64,000 nucleotides of DNA from positions 23,167 through 87,166 of the IMG/VR virus record IMGVR_UViG_3300027908_000001; one strand, given 5' to 3'. Source of the DNA: a virus. Taxonomy: Duplodnaviria; Heunggongvirae; Uroviricota; Caudoviricetes. Positions 54,787-63,958 of this stretch are shown one piece after another (within the stretch, counting starts at the first letter, position 1; each line of letters starts with the position of its first letter). The notes under the pieces are model-generated. The model saw nothing but the letters and a program-made list of their open reading frames with translations, searched no databases and was not told where the DNA came from. The position numbers and the translations under genes were made by a program.

Positions 54787-56340
54787 CTACTCCGACATCT
54801 TCGCTATACGGCGCTCCATGCGCTCCAGCGCCGCCGCCACGCGGTTTGTTTCCTCGTCAGCGGACTTCATCACTGCCGTGGGCCGTGGCGTGGCTCCGGG
54901 CGGTCTGAGGCTCTGCATGGTGTTCGACAGCCCAGCGCCCGGCACCGGCGCGTTCGGCGCGTTCGTCTCACCCGGCTTACCGGCTCCGGCGGCCGGTTTG
55001 ATAATCTCGTCGCCGCCTTCTTCGGATGGCAGCGGGTCGAGGCGCATGACCTTACGAATCTCGTTGCGCTTGAAACACTGGGTCTGCGCCATCTCGGTGG
55101 CAATCGTCGCGTTGGCCGTTTCCTCGGTCAGGTCCATCACTGGCAACTCAAACTCGTAGTCGGTTACGCCGAGGCATTGGAGCAACATGTTCATCGGATG
55201 CTCGACACGGCGTTGACGCGGCAACACGACTTCATCCCGGAACTGTTCGGCCTGTTCGGGTGATGTCTGGAACTTCGAGGTATCCAGCGATGCGACGCGG
55301 GACGGCGGCACGCGACGGCAGGCTAATATCTCGTCCCGGTTCATGTTCTTGTACAGCTTGAAGCTCATGTCCTTAACGTCCTCGGACATTTTCTCAAACC
55401 GGATGGCCTCGTCCACTTTGAGGTTGGACCCGTCCATGCCGATGATGAGCGGCTTGTGCCAGTCGCCTTTGCGGAGCTTCTGCTCAAAGAATTCTTCGAT
55501 GCGTCGCTTGGTCGGGGCAGATACCTGACCGCCGAATAGTATCGCCCATTTCGCAATCATGTTGGACTCAAACATGTCGAGGTTGTAATCGCGCGCGCGA
55601 AGGTCGGCCAGTATAGAGCCGATGGCCGCTAAGTGGTCCGGAATTCCGTAGTAGTAGGAAACCGGATTGGGCCGGTGGATGTGGATGATTTCGTTCAGGC
55701 TGAAATCTTTGTTGTCGGGACTGAATGGGAAAAAGAACGCCCGTTTGCCGCCGCGAATCTGCTCGTACTTGGAGCGGTCGAAATGGATTCGCATCGTGTC
55801 AGACGGGATGTAATAGATGTACTTTGGAACGCCCTCTTCACGCGCGACTTCGATGAAACCATTGCCGGTGTTTTCGTAATCTTGCTGGACGGACTTGAGC
55901 ACATCCTCAATCGGGAATCGCTCGCCGCAGGTGCGGACGAACGAGACGGCCAGTTCCTTTTGCGCTTCGTCACCATCCTGACCGTCGGCGTCCTCGGCTT
56001 CTTCAAGATGTTGGGCCAGCTTGACGCCGACCTCGTAGCCGATGACAGAATCTACGATGGCGTCAACTGCGGCTTTGTTCCAGACGTTCTGGTCGTAGAG
56101 CCCGCGCAGTTCACGGAAGTTGAATGGTGGAGAAACGTACTGCCAGCCGTGCTCCAAGGGTCGAACTTGTCGCGATACACCAGCGCCGCCTTCGCCCTGA
56201 TTGCGACCCATGACTTGTCCGCCAGCGAATGGAAAGTCTGTGGCGCTCATGCCGCTGGATTGTACCGACAACTCGGAAGGGCTGGATACGCCGGGAAGTT
56301 TGGCTTTGACTTTGGCTTTCGCCTTGGGGTTCTTAGGCAT
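54787..56340 (-). CDS. portal protein (putative)
   Basis: 517-aa ORF two genes downstream of terminase large subunit; size, position and acidic C-terminal region fit phage portal proteins; no exact motif verified. Confidence 0.5.
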   Translation of the reverse strand: MPKNPKAKAKVKAKLPGVSSPSELSVQSSGMSATDFPFAGGQVMGRNQGEGGAGVSRQVRPLEHGWQYVSPPFNFRELRGLYDQNVWNKAAVDAIVDSVIGYEVGVKLAQHLEEAEDADGQDGDEAQKELAVSFVRTCGERFPIEDVLKSVQQDYENTGNGFIEVAREEGVPKYIYYIPSDTMRIHFDRSKYEQIRGGKRAFFFPFSPDNKDFSLNEIIHIHRPNPVSYYYGIPDHLAAIGSILADLRARDYNLDMFESNMIAKWAILFGGQVSAPTKRRIEEFFEQKLRKGDWHKPLIIGMDGSNLKVDEAIRFEKMSEDVKDMSFKLYKNMNRDEILACRRVPPSRVASLDTSKFQTSPEQAEQFRDEVVLPRQRRVEHPMNMLLQCLGVTDYEFELPVMDLTEETANATIATEMAQTQCFKRNEIRKVMRLDPLPSEEGGDEIIKPAAGAGKPGETNAPNAPVPGAGLSNTMQSLRPPGATPRPTAVMKSADEETNRVAAALERMERRIAKMSE

Positions 56341-56395
56341 GATTGTCGCGTTCTACCATTCGCCGAAAGGGGTCAGGACGGTCGCCATGTCGCGC

Positions 56396-57151
56396 TCAGT
56401 TAAACCGCACGTGTTCGGCCAGCGCGGTCTGTTCCAGCGCCTCGGGTTCCATGCCCACGCTCATCGTGAAGTTTAGTCTTTCCGAACCCGACCTTGGTTC
56501 GACGTGCAACTCCATCTGGTTGCACAGTTTGACCTGCATCAACGGCGATGGGCCGATGAGTATCGGTCCGCCCATCACGCTCTTGTTTTCGGGGTCACTA
56601 TTGGGCATGGCATCCAGTGCGATGGCTTTCAGGCCGAACAAGTCTTTATGGTTATGCTCGTCTCTCCACAAATCCATGGCATGCGAGCCGTAGAAGATGG
56701 GGCCGTCGCTCGTTTTCACCAAAGCTTTGATGGCCGCCAGTGCAGCAGCCGGGTCGCCCCACCATCTGGCATCATATCGCCTTTCTTTCGGCACCTGCGC
56801 GATGATGCCGTCCTCCATCCCCAGCAATCCTTGTGGACCAGCTTTCTTGCCATTGATAAACAAATCCATCAGGTCAAATGCCGACCGTTCCGCGGCAATT
56901 TGCAGCAGTGTGTCCACGAATCCAGACTTGTCTATGTTTCGTTCGATGGTTTCATCGCTGATGGTAGTAAAACCATCCAGCTTTACCGGCTGGGGCTCAC
57001 TTACGACGGTTATTTTCCACGCCCTCAGTCCATCGAAGGATTGTTGGAGATGACGCGCGAACACCTGAACGGATTCTACGTTCATGTGCTCGAAGTCCGG
57101 CGCGATGCTGCGGATGTGCTCTTTGAATTTGGAGTGGGTGTCGCTGTTCAT
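56396..57151 (-). CDS. hypothetical protein (trimmed from 56396..57202)
   Basis: Track ORF between terminase and portal. Confidence 0.3.
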   Translation of the reverse strand: MNSDTHSKFKEHIRSIAPDFEHMNVESVQVFARHLQQSFDGLRAWKITVVSEPQPVKLDGFTTISDETIERNIDKSGFVDTLLQIAAERSAFDLMDLFINGKKAGPQGLLGMEDGIIAQVPKERRYDARWWGDPAAALAAIKALVKTSDGPIFYGSHAMDLWRDEHNHKDLFGLKAIALDAMPNSDPENKSVMGGPILIGPSPLMQVKLCNQMELHVEPRSGSERLNFTMSVGMEPEALEQTALAEHVRFN

Positions 57152-57152
57152 G

Positions 57153-57719
57153 TTACGCTTCCTCGTCTTGCAGTTGTTTCCGTGCGGCCTGTGCCTTGCC
57201 AATCCGGGCTTCGATACAATGGGCCGGTGGTGCCGCCTTCATCACCTTCATCGCATGCCAGCGGAGACGACGCACGTGATTGGGTTTGATTTTCATGGCC
57301 CGGCCTATCGCGCGGACGGGCATAGGCTTGGTGAGGCACATCGTCGCCAAGCACACCAGCTTCTCGCGGTCACTCAGTACGATTTGGCTCCCGAGATATT
57401 CTTTGACGCGCTGGAAGCTCTTGTTGTCGACCGTGTCCTTGCCGTTCATCAGCCGTTCTACTTCGCGGTGGTCGGTGTCGGTCCCGAATACGCGTCTGTC
57501 GAGTTCTTTCCAGTTGAACTCGGTCGCCGGTATCTCCGGGTCGTCGGCATGCAGTTCGTGAGTGTTGGATGGCCGGGTGTCGATAGCTTCCCGGCCTTGC
57601 AATAGCCGGATGACCTTCATCGGCACCAGCACGTATTCCTCATCGCCAATCTTCTCGCCGCCGTCTACGGAGCGAAGCTTGATGGGGTTGGATTTGGTGC
57701 CGCGTTTTGGTTCAGCCAT
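57153..57719 (-). CDS. basic DNA-binding-like protein (trimmed from 57153..57821)
   Basis: Lys/Arg-rich N-terminus, C-terminal HTH-like LVCLATMCLTKPMPVRAIGRAMKIKPNHVRRLRWHAMKVM. Confidence 0.3.
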   Translation of the reverse strand: MAEPKRGTKSNPIKLRSVDGGEKIGDEEYVLVPMKVIRLLQGREAIDTRPSNTHELHADDPEIPATEFNWKELDRRVFGTDTDHREVERLMNGKDTVDNKSFQRVKEYLGSQIVLSDREKLVCLATMCLTKPMPVRAIGRAMKIKPNHVRRLRWHAMKVMKAAPPAHCIEARIGKAQAARKQLQDEEA

Positions 57720-59247
57720 TCGCTTCTCTTTCTGCGGTAATCTGGTCCGCAATCTCTTGGGCCTTCTTGTAGTGGTCTTTGAGGAAATCTTCTCTGTTGA
57801 ATACAGGTTTTTCATCGTCACCGCCGCTTGGGGTGTTATACATATTTAACTCAACGTTCCTGCGTCCGGCACAACTCAACAGGAATGCGTCGGCCAAGTC
57901 TGGACTGGGAAGCCCGCGCTTCTTCATGACCTTCTTGGGTTCGAGTTGAATCCGGCCGTCACTGCGCGGGATGCGCTTTCTTCCCGTCAACTGGTTCTGC
58001 AAATCCGCCACGCTCAGGTAGCCCTCTTCGGGGTCGGGGTCGTTGGGGTCGGGCATCTGAATCAACCCGACCTCACCCGCCTGCAGCTTGAGGCGCGCTT
58101 CGTACCACACTTCGGCACCGGCGTCGTGGTAGGCAATGCCGTCAATCGGTGAGCCGCCGAAATTGAAGCGATTGAAGTGATACCCGAGTTCATCCAGTCT
58201 GTCGCATATCGCCCAGCCCATGCTGCCGTCATCGATGTTCACGCCTTCGGGCACTAGCCCGTATTTCTTGGCGTCATGCTGGAAGTAACGGATGATTCGA
58301 CCGGCGGATTCCATGGTGTTGGGCTCTTTCCACCGGCGCAATGCCATCTGGCGATTGCCGACGGTCAGACTGTAGGCGCACTCGTCACCGCCACCGGCCG
58401 CCAAGTCGATGCCCGCGCATGCGCCACGGCTCTTGTCCCATTCGGGTGGGTCCTCGACCATCTTCTGCACAAACGTCAGCGGAATGACCACCAGCGGGTC
58501 GTCGGCGGATGAGAACTCGCCCATGACCGTGGATAAATAGAATGGGGAAGTCTCACCGTATTTGCGCTTGAGCAGTTCTATCTGGGCGGGGTCAACATAG
58601 GGAGATTCACCCATCTTGATATGGATGGGGTGATAGAGGTCGGAGAATTTAGAGAAGCATTCGTAAAATGGACCCAATGGCGAACCCGGTGAACTAATGA
58701 CCAACTGCCGCACCCAATCGCCGGAAGTCAGCAACCGTTCGCTGGCGTCGAAGATGTTTTGCGGGACAATCTTGGCCTCGTCGATGATGACGAGAATTCG
58801 TTTCGCATGCCAGCCTTCAAATTTCTCAGGCTTGTTGGTCGAGAATCCGTACCCGTAACTACCCAGCTTGTTGAATCGTATCGCGGTTTGCAGGATATCG
58901 CCACCGAGCGGAACGAGCGACCGGGAATACATGCGGTTGACTTCGAGCCAGAGCGAGTATACCTGACGACCCGAGCCCGCGGTCGTGATGACCGTGCAAT
59001 CCTTGAACATCGAAGTGCCCCACAAAATCAACTCGGCGGCAGAAATCGACTTGCCGACACCGTTGGGCGCACGCACCACTGTCCGCTTATTCTTGACGAC
59101 GGACATCAGGATTTCATCCTGCTTGGGGAAGTTACCGGCTATCTGCATGCCTTTAGCATCGAACTTGGGCGCGTTGCCAAGCACTTCGCGAACGAACTTC
59201 GGCGGGTTGCCGGTGTAGGTGTCCAGACTGAAATTGACTTCACTCAT
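57712..59247 (-). CDS. terL: terminase large subunit
   Basis: Walker A VRAPNGVGKS; Walker B ILVIIDEAK; C-terminal nuclease-like acidic residues; 511 aa. Confidence 0.7.
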   Translation of the reverse strand: MSEVNFSLDTYTGNPPKFVREVLGNAPKFDAKGMQIAGNFPKQDEILMSVVKNKRTVVRAPNGVGKSISAAELILWGTSMFKDCTVITTAGSGRQVYSLWLEVNRMYSRSLVPLGGDILQTAIRFNKLGSYGYGFSTNKPEKFEGWHAKRILVIIDEAKIVPQNIFDASERLLTSGDWVRQLVISSPGSPLGPFYECFSKFSDLYHPIHIKMGESPYVDPAQIELLKRKYGETSPFYLSTVMGEFSSADDPLVVIPLTFVQKMVEDPPEWDKSRGACAGIDLAAGGGDECAYSLTVGNRQMALRRWKEPNTMESAGRIIRYFQHDAKKYGLVPEGVNIDDGSMGWAICDRLDELGYHFNRFNFGGSPIDGIAYHDAGAEVWYEARLKLQAGEVGLIQMPDPNDPDPEEGYLSVADLQNQLTGRKRIPRSDGRIQLEPKKVMKKRGLPSPDLADAFLLSCAGRRNVELNMYNTPSGGDDEKPVFNREDFLKDHYKKAQEIADQITAEREANG

Positions 59248-59815
59248 GCGGTGGAAGCTGCTTCAGGGCGTTGGATTCAGCATTCAACTGTTTCTGCTCG
59301 TGATGTTGCGCGATGAAATCTTCGATGGTCGTGGCCGTCTTGCCGGTTTCCTTCTTGTCTTGTTCCTGAGCGACACCCATTCCCAAGACCTTCATCCTCA
59401 TCTCACGGCACTTGGCGACTATAGCCAAGGCACGCATATCGCCTTCGTCGCGCTCGATTTGGGTGGCTGTGGCCGTCGAGGACGGTCCCATGACGCCGTC
59501 GCTCTTGGTCACGCTGGCGACTCGCTTTACCTTCCGACTGCGCTCGTAGGCATCCAGCGCGCGCTCCGTGTCCTCGTCAATCGCCTTGAGCATCGTGGCG
59601 ATGTGGGCTCGCATGTTGGCGCTGGCTTCGTTCTGCCAACCCGCAATGAGCGCCTGCATGTCCTCGGATACCGTGCCGATGCTGCAACCCATTTCCTTGG
59701 CGATACGGCGTACCGTCCAGCCCTTCTTGAGGTACATGTCCGAGACGCGGGCGCGGCGCTCGGCGATTTCAGCCTTCTGCGCTGCCCGGTAATGGCTGTG
59801 ACTGTTCAGTTCCAT
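59240..59815 (-). CDS. terminase small subunit-like HTH protein
   Basis: Immediately upstream of and overlapping terL; HTH LKKGWTVRRIAKEMGCSIGTVSEDM. Confidence 0.4.
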   Translation of the reverse strand: MELNSHSHYRAAQKAEIAERRARVSDMYLKKGWTVRRIAKEMGCSIGTVSEDMQALIAGWQNEASANMRAHIATMLKAIDEDTERALDAYERSRKVKRVASVTKSDGVMGPSSTATATQIERDEGDMRALAIVAKCREMRMKVLGMGVAQEQDKKETGKTATTIEDFIAQHHEQKQLNAESNALKQLPPHE

Positions 59816-59839
59816 AGTGTTCAGACAGTAAATTCAGTA

Positions 59840-59859
59840 ATTTCTGTCATTACAGAAAT
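59840..59859. promoter_or_regulatory. perfect 8-bp inverted repeat ATTTCTGT-CATT-ACAGAAAT in AT-rich intergenic region upstream of terminase genes
   Basis: Arms at 59840..59847 and 59852..59859; region 59816..59986 is markedly AT-rich relative to ~58% GC background. Confidence 0.3.
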
Positions 59860-59986
59860 ATATGAAATATAGGTAACTATTTGCAGGACAGGGTTCAAGG
59901 CTTAAAACTCGGGTGGATTTTTTGGGCGCTGATTCCGCACGGCAATAGATATACGCCCAGCGAGCGTCAGAAACAAGTGCCAGTTG

Positions 59987-60910
59987 TCAAGCTTGAATGG
60001 AAGACTCGGAAGAGCGGAGCAATTCAGGGGCATGTTTGGATAGATAATTCTTGCAAAACTCTATCATGTCCATAATGCGCTGACCGGGGGGATGAGAACT
60101 AGACCAAAGCTCAAGATTTTCAATTCGATTATCACTTCTGATTCCATTTTTGTGGTGCACCGTTTCTAGATTGCTAAGTTTCCTACCGAGAAGATTCTCC
60201 ATCACAAATCTGTGCTCTGCGATATGCCTTGCCCCCTCTGGGATGGAATCATCTCTAATCGTCAGGATGACATATCCCCGCCTGACCCATTTACCGCCCC
60301 TCCAGCTTTTGTTCTCCGGTCCCCTTTTTCGATGCAAGCACCCACAGGAAATTACCTTACCAGCGAAAACATAGTTCCATTGCAGAGACTTTACGTTACC
60401 GCATTCACATTCGCAAAAACACTTGAATGCTCCGTGTTTTGTGCGCCATTTATCCGGACCAAGAACAGTAAGTTTTCCGAATTTCTTACCCACATAAGCA
60501 AAAATACCTTCATCCCATCGGGATTTTGATGGCTCAATATTTACCGATTGGATTGGTGTCGCCTCTATCTCAGAATCTTTATCGCACCTACAACCGAACT
60601 CGACGCCCGTTTTAAGTTCTGCCAAAGTAACAATGGCAAAATCACCACAATCACATTTGCAAAGCCAATGGGATTCTTTTCCCCTCGTCGATGGTATCGG
60701 CAGGAGTGGAAGGAGTTGGCCGTACTTCTTTGGTGGGCTCTTGCTTCTTTGGTCTGCCACCAAGCTTGCCGTTTTCTCTGGCGGCGGCGCGTTGTTTTTC
60801 GGTGGCGGCTGCTCCGCCGAGACGGCCAAGGGCAACTGCTGCTGGGTTTTTTCGGTTTTTTCGCATATCATGTCACCCCATACTATATCCCCAGCGGTGG
60901 GGAAAATCAA
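59987..60910 (-). CDS. HNH endonuclease with duplicated Zn-ribbon N-terminal modules
   Basis: ARHIAEHRFVMENLLGRKLSNLETVHHKNGIRSDNRIENLELW (HNH_3); two copies of YG.L...W.C.C.CG...CGC module. Confidence 0.55.
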   Translation of the reverse strand: MIFPTAGDIVWGDMICEKTEKTQQQLPLAVSAEQPPPKNNAPPPEKTASLVADQRSKSPPKKYGQLLPLLPIPSTRGKESHWLCKCDCGDFAIVTLAELKTGVEFGCRCDKDSEIEATPIQSVNIEPSKSRWDEGIFAYVGKKFGKLTVLGPDKWRTKHGAFKCFCECECGNVKSLQWNYVFAGKVISCGCLHRKRGPENKSWRGGKWVRRGYVILTIRDDSIPEGARHIAEHRFVMENLLGRKLSNLETVHHKNGIRSDNRIENLELWSSSHPPGQRIMDMIEFCKNYLSKHAPELLRSSESSIQA

Positions 60911-61359
60911 GCGACAGTTTCATTTCTCCCCAGATACAACCGCAACACCGCATGGTCGTAGAACGGCAGGAACGGCTCGGGCTGGGCGGCGTCGATGAAC
61001 ACCGGCACCCCGGTTATCCAAATGGGCGTGCCGCCAGCGCGATAGCGTTCGACCTCTCGCACCTTCTCGCGGACCGCCGTTGCGTATTCCGGTCGGGCTA
61101 CAATGCCAATGAGGCAGCGGACCGGCGACTGAGTCTTGGCCAAGACCTCGGCGAATTCCTTCATAGTGAAGGAAGTGGCGGTAGTGTTCATTCGCGGTCT
61201 TTCTTCTCTCGCAGAATCTGTACGATGGCGCAGGTCGCACATCGTTTTCCCGGCCATTCTTCCCAACCATATTTGTTGCGCTCGATGTTTAGCTTTTTGC
61301 GGATTTTCCTTCCGCAAAATGTCTTGGTGGAAGATTGAAAGGCGTGGAATGGAGCGCAC
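60907..61359 (-). CDS. hypothetical protein (150 aa)
   Basis: Track ORF. Confidence 0.3.
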   Translation of the reverse strand: MRSIPRLSIFHQDILRKENPQKAKHRAQQIWLGRMAGKTMCDLRHRTDSAREERPRMNTTATSFTMKEFAEVLAKTQSPVRCLIGIVARPEYATAVREKVREVERYRAGGTPIWITGVPVFIDAAQPEPFLPFYDHAVLRLYLGRNETVA

Positions 61360-61407
61360 TCAAGCCTCACGGCATCGGCTCTAGCTTTTACGGATAGGCC
61401 GTGCATG

Positions 61408-61746
61408 TCAGGTGCTCCCCGGCGCGAAGTATATCTCCGCCCTTCGATGCGGCCCGCAAATCGTGTTGACGATGGCCTGCGCGAAACACTTTAGTCCACG
61501 GAACTCCTGCTCCATGTGGCCGACCCAGCCGTATTCCTCCAGCTTCACCAAGGCTGCCGCACAAACCTCCTCGACCGTATCGCCGTGGAACGTGCCGCGA
61601 AACTCATTCCCAGCTTTGTCCTTCACCGCGACCGGTATCATGAGCTTCTTGGTGGCGTGTGGACCGCTCTCCACTTTGAGTCCAAATTCATAGATGATGT
61701 CGAAGTATTTGGTTTTTAGGTCGTCGGGTATGTCGTGCATGGTCAA
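61408..61746 (-). CDS. hypothetical protein (112 aa)
   Basis: Track ORF. Confidence 0.3.
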   Translation of the reverse strand: MTMHDIPDDLKTKYFDIIYEFGLKVESGPHATKKLMIPVAVKDKAGNEFRGTFHGDTVEEVCAAALVKLEEYGWVGHMEQEFRGLKCFAQAIVNTICGPHRRAEIYFAPGST

Positions 61747-62042
61747 TCCAAGTGCTGCGCTATGACTTCCTGCAGCAGTTCCTTGTACTCGGGCACCGGC
61801 GGCACCTCAATATTGCACCAGAGCGCCTCTGGATATTCCGAAGGCGTCCTTTCGTATGGGCGACCGTGGTTGAGCATGATGTCCTGATAGATTCGGAGCG
61901 GGTCGGCCAGTGCTATGAACGTGTGATGATGGTCAGAATCCCGACCAACGAATACCACCACCACATTCCCGTCGGTCGGGCAACGCTTGAAGAAATACCA
62001 GCCGGTCGCGCCGGGTTTGGTCCGCCATGCGATAGTGCTCAT
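61743..62042 (-). CDS. hypothetical protein (99 aa)
   Basis: Track ORF. Confidence 0.3.
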   Translation of the reverse strand: MSTIAWRTKPGATGWYFFKRCPTDGNVVVVFVGRDSDHHHTFIALADPLRIYQDIMLNHGRPYERTPSEYPEALWCNIEVPPVPEYKELLQEVIAQHLD

Positions 62043-62043
62043 G

Positions 62044-62538
62044 TCAAATCATCTCGAACTCGTCCAGATTCACCGTGAACGTTTCACTGCCGGATTTGGA
62101 GTGACAAGTTGCCCAGTAAAAATTCGAGGACAGCGAAGCAGCGATTTCTCCAGTTTCTCCCGGAGTAGCTCGAACAATGTCTCTCTTTAATACACTGACA
62201 TCAACGATATTTTTGAGGAAACGTATGCGGGTCCCGACCGGCCATTGCAGCGCGCCAACACGTGCGGCGTAATTCATGAACTTTTTGACTTTGGCCGTCT
62301 TTTTCTGCTGAGCGTCCGGGTCTATCCAATCTTTCGGCAATACACCGGCGTCAGCCAACATGAACACAACCGCTATCAAATCATTGATTTCTTCCAATAG
62401 GCGGTCGCGATTCGTGGGGCCGGTCGGGTCCAGTACGTTGCGGTCGTCGATGCCGAACCGGTTTATCTTGGAGACCTGTTGCGCTATCTCCGCGCCTTCT
62501 TCTCCGAGGCAGGTTAAGAGATGTTCAGTAGGGTTCAT
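62044..62538 (-). CDS. MazG-like NTP pyrophosphohydrolase (tentative)
   Basis: N-terminal LLTCLGEEGAEIAQQVSKINRFG resembles MazG EExxE helix; weak. Confidence 0.3.
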   Translation of the reverse strand: MNPTEHLLTCLGEEGAEIAQQVSKINRFGIDDRNVLDPTGPTNRDRLLEEINDLIAVVFMLADAGVLPKDWIDPDAQQKKTAKVKKFMNYAARVGALQWPVGTRIRFLKNIVDVSVLKRDIVRATPGETGEIAASLSSNFYWATCHSKSGSETFTVNLDEFEMI

Positions 62539-63101
62539 GGAGTCTCCTTTTGCGGAAGCGGCTGCGGGGCCGGTCTTGGTGCGGGCGCTTCAACACGTGT
62601 AGCGTTCTCTGTTTCGCGTCTCCAGAAATACGCATACGGTGTGTGACTGCGGCCGTTGCTGGGACACTTCGTGCAGAAATAATCTCCGGCCTTGTTGGCA
62701 TCAAACTGTTCTTCGTTGAGCAACGAACTCGCCGATTGCAATACCTCTTGAAGTTTTCCTCCGCATTGAGGACAATTGGCTGCCGGGAATCTGGCACCTC
62801 TGAGTCTTAGCCCGCAATCCAGCGGCTCATGCCTGAACCGGTCGTCTACGCGCTTCTCTTCGGTTTCCAGTTCCAGCATCGCTTCTCCCAGCCGCTCCGC
62901 TTGGTCCCGGCAGAACTTCACCACGCCGTAAGTCGCTCCCTTCGGCAGTGTGGAACGGAAGTTCTCCGCAAAGTTTTCGTGACTGGCCTTGATGACTTTC
63001 AGTTTGTCGAGCGCGCTCATAGCAAATGCCCCAAGGGTTCCAATAGAATGACCTTCATAAGACCCACAGGATAACGGGATACGTGCCCAGCGCACAAGCA
63101 T
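62535..63101 (-). CDS. hypothetical Zn-ribbon protein (188 aa)
   Basis: NCPQCGG...CTKCP. Confidence 0.3.
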   Translation of the reverse strand: MLVRWARIPLSCGSYEGHSIGTLGAFAMSALDKLKVIKASHENFAENFRSTLPKGATYGVVKFCRDQAERLGEAMLELETEEKRVDDRFRHEPLDCGLRLRGARFPAANCPQCGGKLQEVLQSASSLLNEEQFDANKAGDYFCTKCPSNGRSHTPYAYFWRRETENATRVEAPAPRPAPQPLPQKETP

Positions 63102-63276
63102 TTACTGCGGCGTTTCCAGAATCCTATTCTGGTTGGATGCATCAGACAGTCTCCATCTTGCTCCAAAAGAATCTTACAGTGAATACAGCGCATGGCAGGC
63201 GTGGCATTCAAGCGCATAGCGCTGTCAGAATAGATATCACCAAAATTCTCCGCCGCCACACTGGTTTCCGTGTCAC

Positions 63277-63582
63277 TCATAACACATCGGCAACGCCGTC
63301 GCCTTCCATTGGTTTGCGATTCTTCAATTTTAACGGGTCTTTGTCTGAACCCCGGTTCAAGGCCGCCTGTATCTCTCCCTTGGTGGCGCGGTAGGACGGG
63401 CCGGGGATGCCGAAATTCTTGAAGAGTGTTTCCGCAAACACCGCGTGCCGCTGCCGACGCGTGAGCCCCTTGTCCGGTACTACCGTGAGCGTTCCAATCA
63501 AGGAATGCGTCATGGGCGAGCCTTCCCAGACCGTCAGCTTCCTGTGGCCGCGGCTGATGCGGTAGAGCTTGATGTTCTTCAT
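63277..63582 (-). CDS. hypothetical protein (101 aa)
   Basis: Track ORF. Confidence 0.3.
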   Translation of the reverse strand: MKNIKLYRISRGHRKLTVWEGSPMTHSLIGTLTVVPDKGLTRRQRHAVFAETLFKNFGIPGPSYRATKGEIQAALNRGSDKDPLKLKNRKPMEGDGVADVL

Positions 63583-63754
63583 ATCCTCAATCCTGTCACG
63601 CCGCGAAACAGCTTGTCAATGCTCTTGCGCAGTGGTGCTTGCTTGGAGTAAAAAGTGATTGTTCCACCGCTCACAACTGTTCGGGCAATGAGCAGAGCGA
63701 CTTTGAGGGAGTCTCGCTCCTTGTCTGTGAACGTAAAGGTATTGCCTCGGCGTT

Positions 63755-63958
63755 TCATGCACACACCTCGTCAATGACTCGTTGAATGTTATCGTGGCGG
63801 CTCACCGGCGTATTGCCGTTATGCCAGCCACCGCAGAAACAGCATTTGTAGCTGCGGAGAAATGGCAGGTGATGCTTGCGCTTGTGAATCTGCGCGCCCA
63901 CGAGTGTCTTGAACCTTATCTTGCCATCGCATTGCCTTCGTTTCTGGTGGCGCTTCAT
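63755..63958 (-). CDS. small zinc-binding protein (67 aa)
   Basis: KCCFCGGWH... Confidence 0.25.
   Translation of the reverse strand: MKRHQKRRQCDGKIRFKTLVGAQIHKRKHHLPFLRSYKCCFCGGWHNGNTPVSRHDNIQRVIDEVCA

Noticed and set aside
54787-56340. Calling the 517-aa ORF a major capsid protein
   Set aside because: Position (two genes after terminase), size and acidic C-terminal tail fit a portal better; no HK97-fold hallmark could be recognised by eye. Kept as putative portal with moderate confidence.
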